Below are positions 60,689-64,000 of a DNA stretch of 64,000 nucleotides, piece after piece. Origin of the DNA: Methanotrichaceae archaeon (lineage in GTDB: Archaea; Halobacteriota; Methanosarcinia; Methanotrichales; Methanotrichaceae); contig CAVVKN010000010.1 of assembly GCA_963748825.1 (NCBI GenBank), positions 96,001-160,000 of the forward strand, written 5' to 3'. How positions within the stretch are numbered: the stretch's first letter is position 1; each line of letters opens with the position of its first letter. The position numbers and the translations under genes were made by a program. The notes beneath the pieces were generated by a model. That model was not told the DNA's origin. It saw nothing but the letters and a program-made list of their open reading frames with translations, and did no database searches.

Positions 60689-61504
60689 TCAGCCCGTGTA
60701 CCCCAGCTCTGTGGCTTTAGCATATGCATCCTGAGCCTCAGGCGAGCGCCCCAGAGCCTGCAGATTGATGGCTTTTCTCTGCCAGGCTTCGGGAAACTCT
60801 GGATTTATGCTCAGTGTCTCGTTAAAAGCCTGCACTGCCTCCTCAAATCTGCCCATTTCTCCCAGAGCCAGTCCTTTGTGGTACCATGCGGCTTCGAACT
60901 GCTGGTTGATTTTGATGGCCTCATTGAAAGCCTGCAAAGCCTCTTCGTGCTTGCCCTGGCTTACCAGAGCCGTGCCTTTGTATCGCCAGGCCAGTGCAAA
61001 TTGAGGTTCGATAGCTATGGCTTCATCAAAGGCGGCCACGGCCTCTCCGTTCTTGCCGAGGCCAATAAGAGCCCTGCCTTTGTTGTACCAGGCCTCAGCA
61101 AGTAAGGGATCAGCTTCGATCGATTTATTGTAAGCCTGAACCGCCTCTTCAAACCGGCCCATTTCATTAAGAGAATTTCCTTTATTGGTCCAGGCATTTG
61201 CATATTGAGGGTCAATCTTAATGGCTTCATCGCAAATCTGGATAGCTTCCTCGAAATTACCCATTTGGTTAAGAGCAGCAGCTTTGTTGGACATGGCACC
61301 TGCATGCTGAGGATTTCTCTCTATTGCCTCATCATACGCCTGGATGGCTTCCTGTAGTTTTCCCTGCGCAAAAAAAACATTCCCTATTTTGAACGAGTCG
61401 TCTGCATTCTGTCCAGTGCTTGATTCTTTGCTCCATACAGCCGGAGAGATAATAGTGCAGATCCCGAGTATTAAGACCATGAAGATTAATATGCTCTTCA
61501 ACAA
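60689..61504 (-). CDS. Tetratricopeptide repeat protein with signal peptide
   Basis: Repeated AWxNKG..L...G..EEA..A. Confidence 0.9.
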   Translation of the reverse strand: MLKSILIFMVLILGICTIISPAVWSKESSTGQNADDSFKIGNVFFAQGKLQEAIQAYDEAIERNPQHAGAMSNKAAALNQMGNFEEAIQICDEAIKIDPQYANAWTNKGNSLNEMGRFEEAVQAYNKSIEADPLLAEAWYNKGRALIGLGKNGEAVAAFDEAIAIEPQFALAWRYKGTALVSQGKHEEALQAFNEAIKINQQFEAAWYHKGLALGEMGRFEEAVQAFNETLSINPEFPEAWQRKAINLQALGRSPEAQDAYAKATELGYTG

Positions 61505-61540
61505 AACACCACCCAGATTAATTATGTCTATCTCAAATAC

Positions 61541-62623
61541 TTAAGTTATATTATCTTCAATTATCTTCAGCCCCTCATTATCCACCTTTGTCTCAATGGC
61601 GATCTTGAGCCCCAGAGGCTCGATCAGCTTTGCTACTTCCTCTCGGCTGCGGTCGGTTACGATGGCGATGGAGGGCCCCACCGAGCTCATACCCACGAAT
61701 TCCAGGCCGCTCTCCCGGAGCAGGCTCATGTGCCGGTAGATCTCAAAGCCGTGATGCTCCACCTCGGCCCGCTTCGAGCCGCGAAACTCGATCTCCCAGA
61801 TGATATCTCCCATCTTTTTCAGGTCTTCTCTCTCCAGGGCCGGGATGAGATCCATGAGCAGGAGATAGGCCTTGAGTTCCCGGTCCTGATAATCCAGGTT
61901 GCGAGCCCGGTTCATGAGCAGGTCAAACTCCGCCCTTCCGGCAGAGGATACGACAGTTGGTGGTATGGTGACAAAGACGTTTTTGCCTTCTGCAAAGTTG
62001 TGGCGGTAGGCCAGTGCCAGCTCGTCCCCGGTAATGACCATGCCTCCGTAAGTGGCAGCCGCAGGGCCCACGCCCGTCTCAAAGCCGCTTGTCACTCGCC
62101 CGTCCTCCGTCTCCTCCACATAGTTGTGACCCAAAAGCAGGCGGATCTGACCGGAATTGAGTGGAGAGCCCAAGGCAACGTTCATGGCATGGCCCAGGGC
62201 CAAAAGCACCGATCCGGTCGAGCCCAGGCCGACGTGCTTTCTTTCGTGGTCCTTGATCACAATCTTAAAGCCGCCATCGTAATGCACCGTCTTTTTAAAG
62301 ACCTCTGCAAAATGGCGGATGATGGGCTCACGCGAATAATCGATGTCAAGGCCGGAGGAGGTGCACTCTACCTCGGCGGAGCAGTAGATCTGCAGGGCAA
62401 AGCCCACGCCTCCGCCACCTGGTCGGTTGGGAGCAAAGCGGTTCATGTCCAGCACAGTGAGATGAATGCGCCCCGGAGCCGTTGCCTTAACTTTGCCGGA
62501 GTGGGGCGTGAGTTGGTAGTCTTTTTCAAATCCCAATGTGTGGATGCATTCTCCCGGGTGAAAGGGCTGGAACTCGTATTCCACCAGGTCCAGGTCCCCG
62601 CCTCTAATCTTCATTTTGACCAA
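61541..62623 (-). CDS. GHMP kinase family protein (beta-RFAP synthase-like)
   Basis: PGRIHL, HVGLGSTG, GMSSVGP. Confidence 0.8.
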   Translation of the reverse strand: MVKMKIRGGDLDLVEYEFQPFHPGECIHTLGFEKDYQLTPHSGKVKATAPGRIHLTVLDMNRFAPNRPGGGGVGFALQIYCSAEVECTSSGLDIDYSREPIIRHFAEVFKKTVHYDGGFKIVIKDHERKHVGLGSTGSVLLALGHAMNVALGSPLNSGQIRLLLGHNYVEETEDGRVTSGFETGVGPAAATYGGMVITGDELALAYRHNFAEGKNVFVTIPPTVVSSAGRAEFDLLMNRARNLDYQDRELKAYLLLMDLIPALEREDLKKMGDIIWEIEFRGSKRAEVEHHGFEIYRHMSLLRESGLEFVGMSSVGPSIAIVTDRSREEVAKLIEPLGLKIAIETKVDNEGLKIIEDNIT

Positions 62624-62638
62624 GACTGCTCACCTACC

Positions 62639-63190
62639 TCAGATCGGTCTATCAAAGTAGATGCTCTTTCCTGAGGCTTTGAGGGGCAATCCATAGGCCA
62701 CACGGCAGCCCTCCAGCCAATTCAGGGAAAGCGCTGCTACTCCTGCGGTGAACATGACGCGGTTGTCGACATTGTGCAGGCTGGCCGTCTTGGCAGCCGA
62801 ACCCAAAGCGATGCCAAGGTCAGCCATCTTGATGACGCAGTTCGGGCCGTGGAAGAATTTTTCCGGCTCTTCCTCCAGGAACTGTTTTTGTGCCTCCAGC
62901 ATCTCTTTGCAGGTGGCATAGCCGCATCCTCCGCAGTCCAGGCCCGCACTGTCGGTTGCCTTGCTGCCTATGAGCAGGCAGGCTTCGCTATTTTCCAGGT
63001 TGCTGGCGTCCCTGAGAAAGAATTTGATGCCCCGCGCTTCTCCTAGACGGCGCAGCTCTCTTGAAAGCACCACCAGCTCTTCGCCGATCACCACTTTGAT
63101 TGATATGGAGTCCTGGCCCCGGCCTTTGGGCGCGGTGCGCGCAGAGAGGGCCATCAGCTCTGCTACCATTTCCACGGCTTTGAAGGTCAT
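62639..63190 (-). CDS. DUF2148 ferredoxin-domain protein
   Basis: ARTAPKGRG, FFLRDA, CGGCGYATC, DLGIALGSA, VDNRVM. Confidence 0.85.
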   Translation of the reverse strand: MTFKAVEMVAELMALSARTAPKGRGQDSISIKVVIGEELVVLSRELRRLGEARGIKFFLRDASNLENSEACLLIGSKATDSAGLDCGGCGYATCKEMLEAQKQFLEEEPEKFFHGPNCVIKMADLGIALGSAAKTASLHNVDNRVMFTAGVAALSLNWLEGCRVAYGLPLKASGKSIYFDRPI

Positions 63191-63301
63191 GAAAATAGGA
63201 TATGCAGATTCGTATTTATAGGATGCTTTTTAGCACTTCATTAAATTGATTTAAATAGATATTATAGATTTATTAAATGAAATATGTAGTAAATCAATCC
63301 A

Positions 63302-63706
63302 TCAATGCCTGTCATCCAGGATGGTGTATTCATCAATGTCAATGACTTGATCCTTTTGCTTCTTGCTGTTTGTGCCCGAATTTTCTTCTCTTCCTCTCAT
63401 CGTGGCCAGCAGGAGAGCAGCGAGGGCTGAGAGTGCCGCCGGCCCGGAAAAGCCGCTTCTTTTTGCAAATCGGAGGAGCGCTAATTCCGCTGCAACCTTG
63501 AAAAGACTCGCAAGAAAATTGGTCCCACTGCTGCCTGGCGCAGTCTTTAACAGGTTGGTAAAAAATGCCATTATTCTTGTTATGGTCGATGGCCGGAGAA
63601 TCCAATTCACCGACTTAATCAGCGAGGCTATGAAGGCATTCCTGACCGCTTTGTTGAGCAAAGCAGCGCCAATAACGGCTTTTATCAACCTTACCAGAAT
63701 TCCCAT
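63302..63706 (-). CDS. Hypothetical protein
   Basis: 134-aa amphipathic ORF with acidic tail. Confidence 0.55.
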   Translation of the reverse strand: MGILVRLIKAVIGAALLNKAVRNAFIASLIKSVNWILRPSTITRIMAFFTNLLKTAPGSSGTNFLASLFKVAAELALLRFAKRSGFSGPAALSALAALLLATMRGREENSGTNSKKQKDQVIDIDEYTILDDRH

Positions 63707-63782
63707 CAGGCCTAATTACTGCTCGCACGGATATATTATTATCTGTCGAGGAGTGAGAAAAGGGACCCTTATTCGCCCTGCT

Positions 63783-63986
63783 TTACTCCTCGGTTTGAAA
63801 TATCTCAGGCCAGAGCATTCTCTCTTTGCTTCTCTGTTTTATCATCTCTTCCGCTTCGACAACTGTGATGCCAAAGACCTCTGCCAGAATCTCCTGGGCG
63901 GCATGAAGCTTCAGATCTATCACGTCATCGTCGCTTATTCGCGAGCTTTCGCGAGGCACAATAGGGTTTCTCTTGGTTTTGCCCAT
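63783..63986 (-). CDS. Small hypothetical protein
   Basis: 67-aa ORF with helical, protein-like composition. Confidence 0.5.
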   Translation of the reverse strand: MGKTKRNPIVPRESSRISDDDVIDLKLHAAQEILAEVFGITVVEAEEMIKQRSKERMLWPEIFQTEE

Positions 63987-64000
63987 GTTGTCGAGGACTT

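Noticed and set aside
1-64000. CRISPR array, rRNA, integrase or provirus
   Set aside because: No regularly spaced repeat-spacer array, rRNA-like sequence, tyrosine/serine recombinase or viral structural gene was seen

Overview
Archaeal chromosome segment of roughly 50% GC, most likely from an acetoclastic methanogen of the Methanothrix/Methanotrichaceae type. This is inferred from the archaeal markers (aEF-1beta, DGGGP synthase, archaeosortase A, MptD, MfnE-like kinase, ribose-1,5-bisphosphate isomerase, archaeal GltX and DtdA) and the many secreted proteins. Housekeeping blocks are artA-psd-pssA-mptD, two cyclophilins, tRNA-Ala(CGC)/EF-1beta/Zn-finger, gltX, DGGGPS, dtdA and purB. They alternate with accessory islets holding two toxin-antitoxin pairs, IS1/IS66/IS200-IS605 remnants, truncated genes and a dispersed palindromic repeat family. 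The most interesting candidates are: (1) a tightly coupled RLAN + RimK-type ATP-grasp + YkgJ Fe-S + GCS2 ligase operon with a coupled 38-aa uORF and an odd C-terminal tail (uncharacterised peptide-ligase system); (2) a PGF-CTERM pilin-like Cna-B/SdrD-repeat + vWA adhesin next to a secreted transglutaminase, with the anchoring machinery in the same window; (3) an apparent ACG start for mptD inside pssA; (4) a Cys-Cys-Trp N-terminal motif shared by two unrelated secreted proteins; (5) a radical SAM/DUF4130 DNA-repair-like pair. All calls come from motif recognition by eye; no database searches were run.
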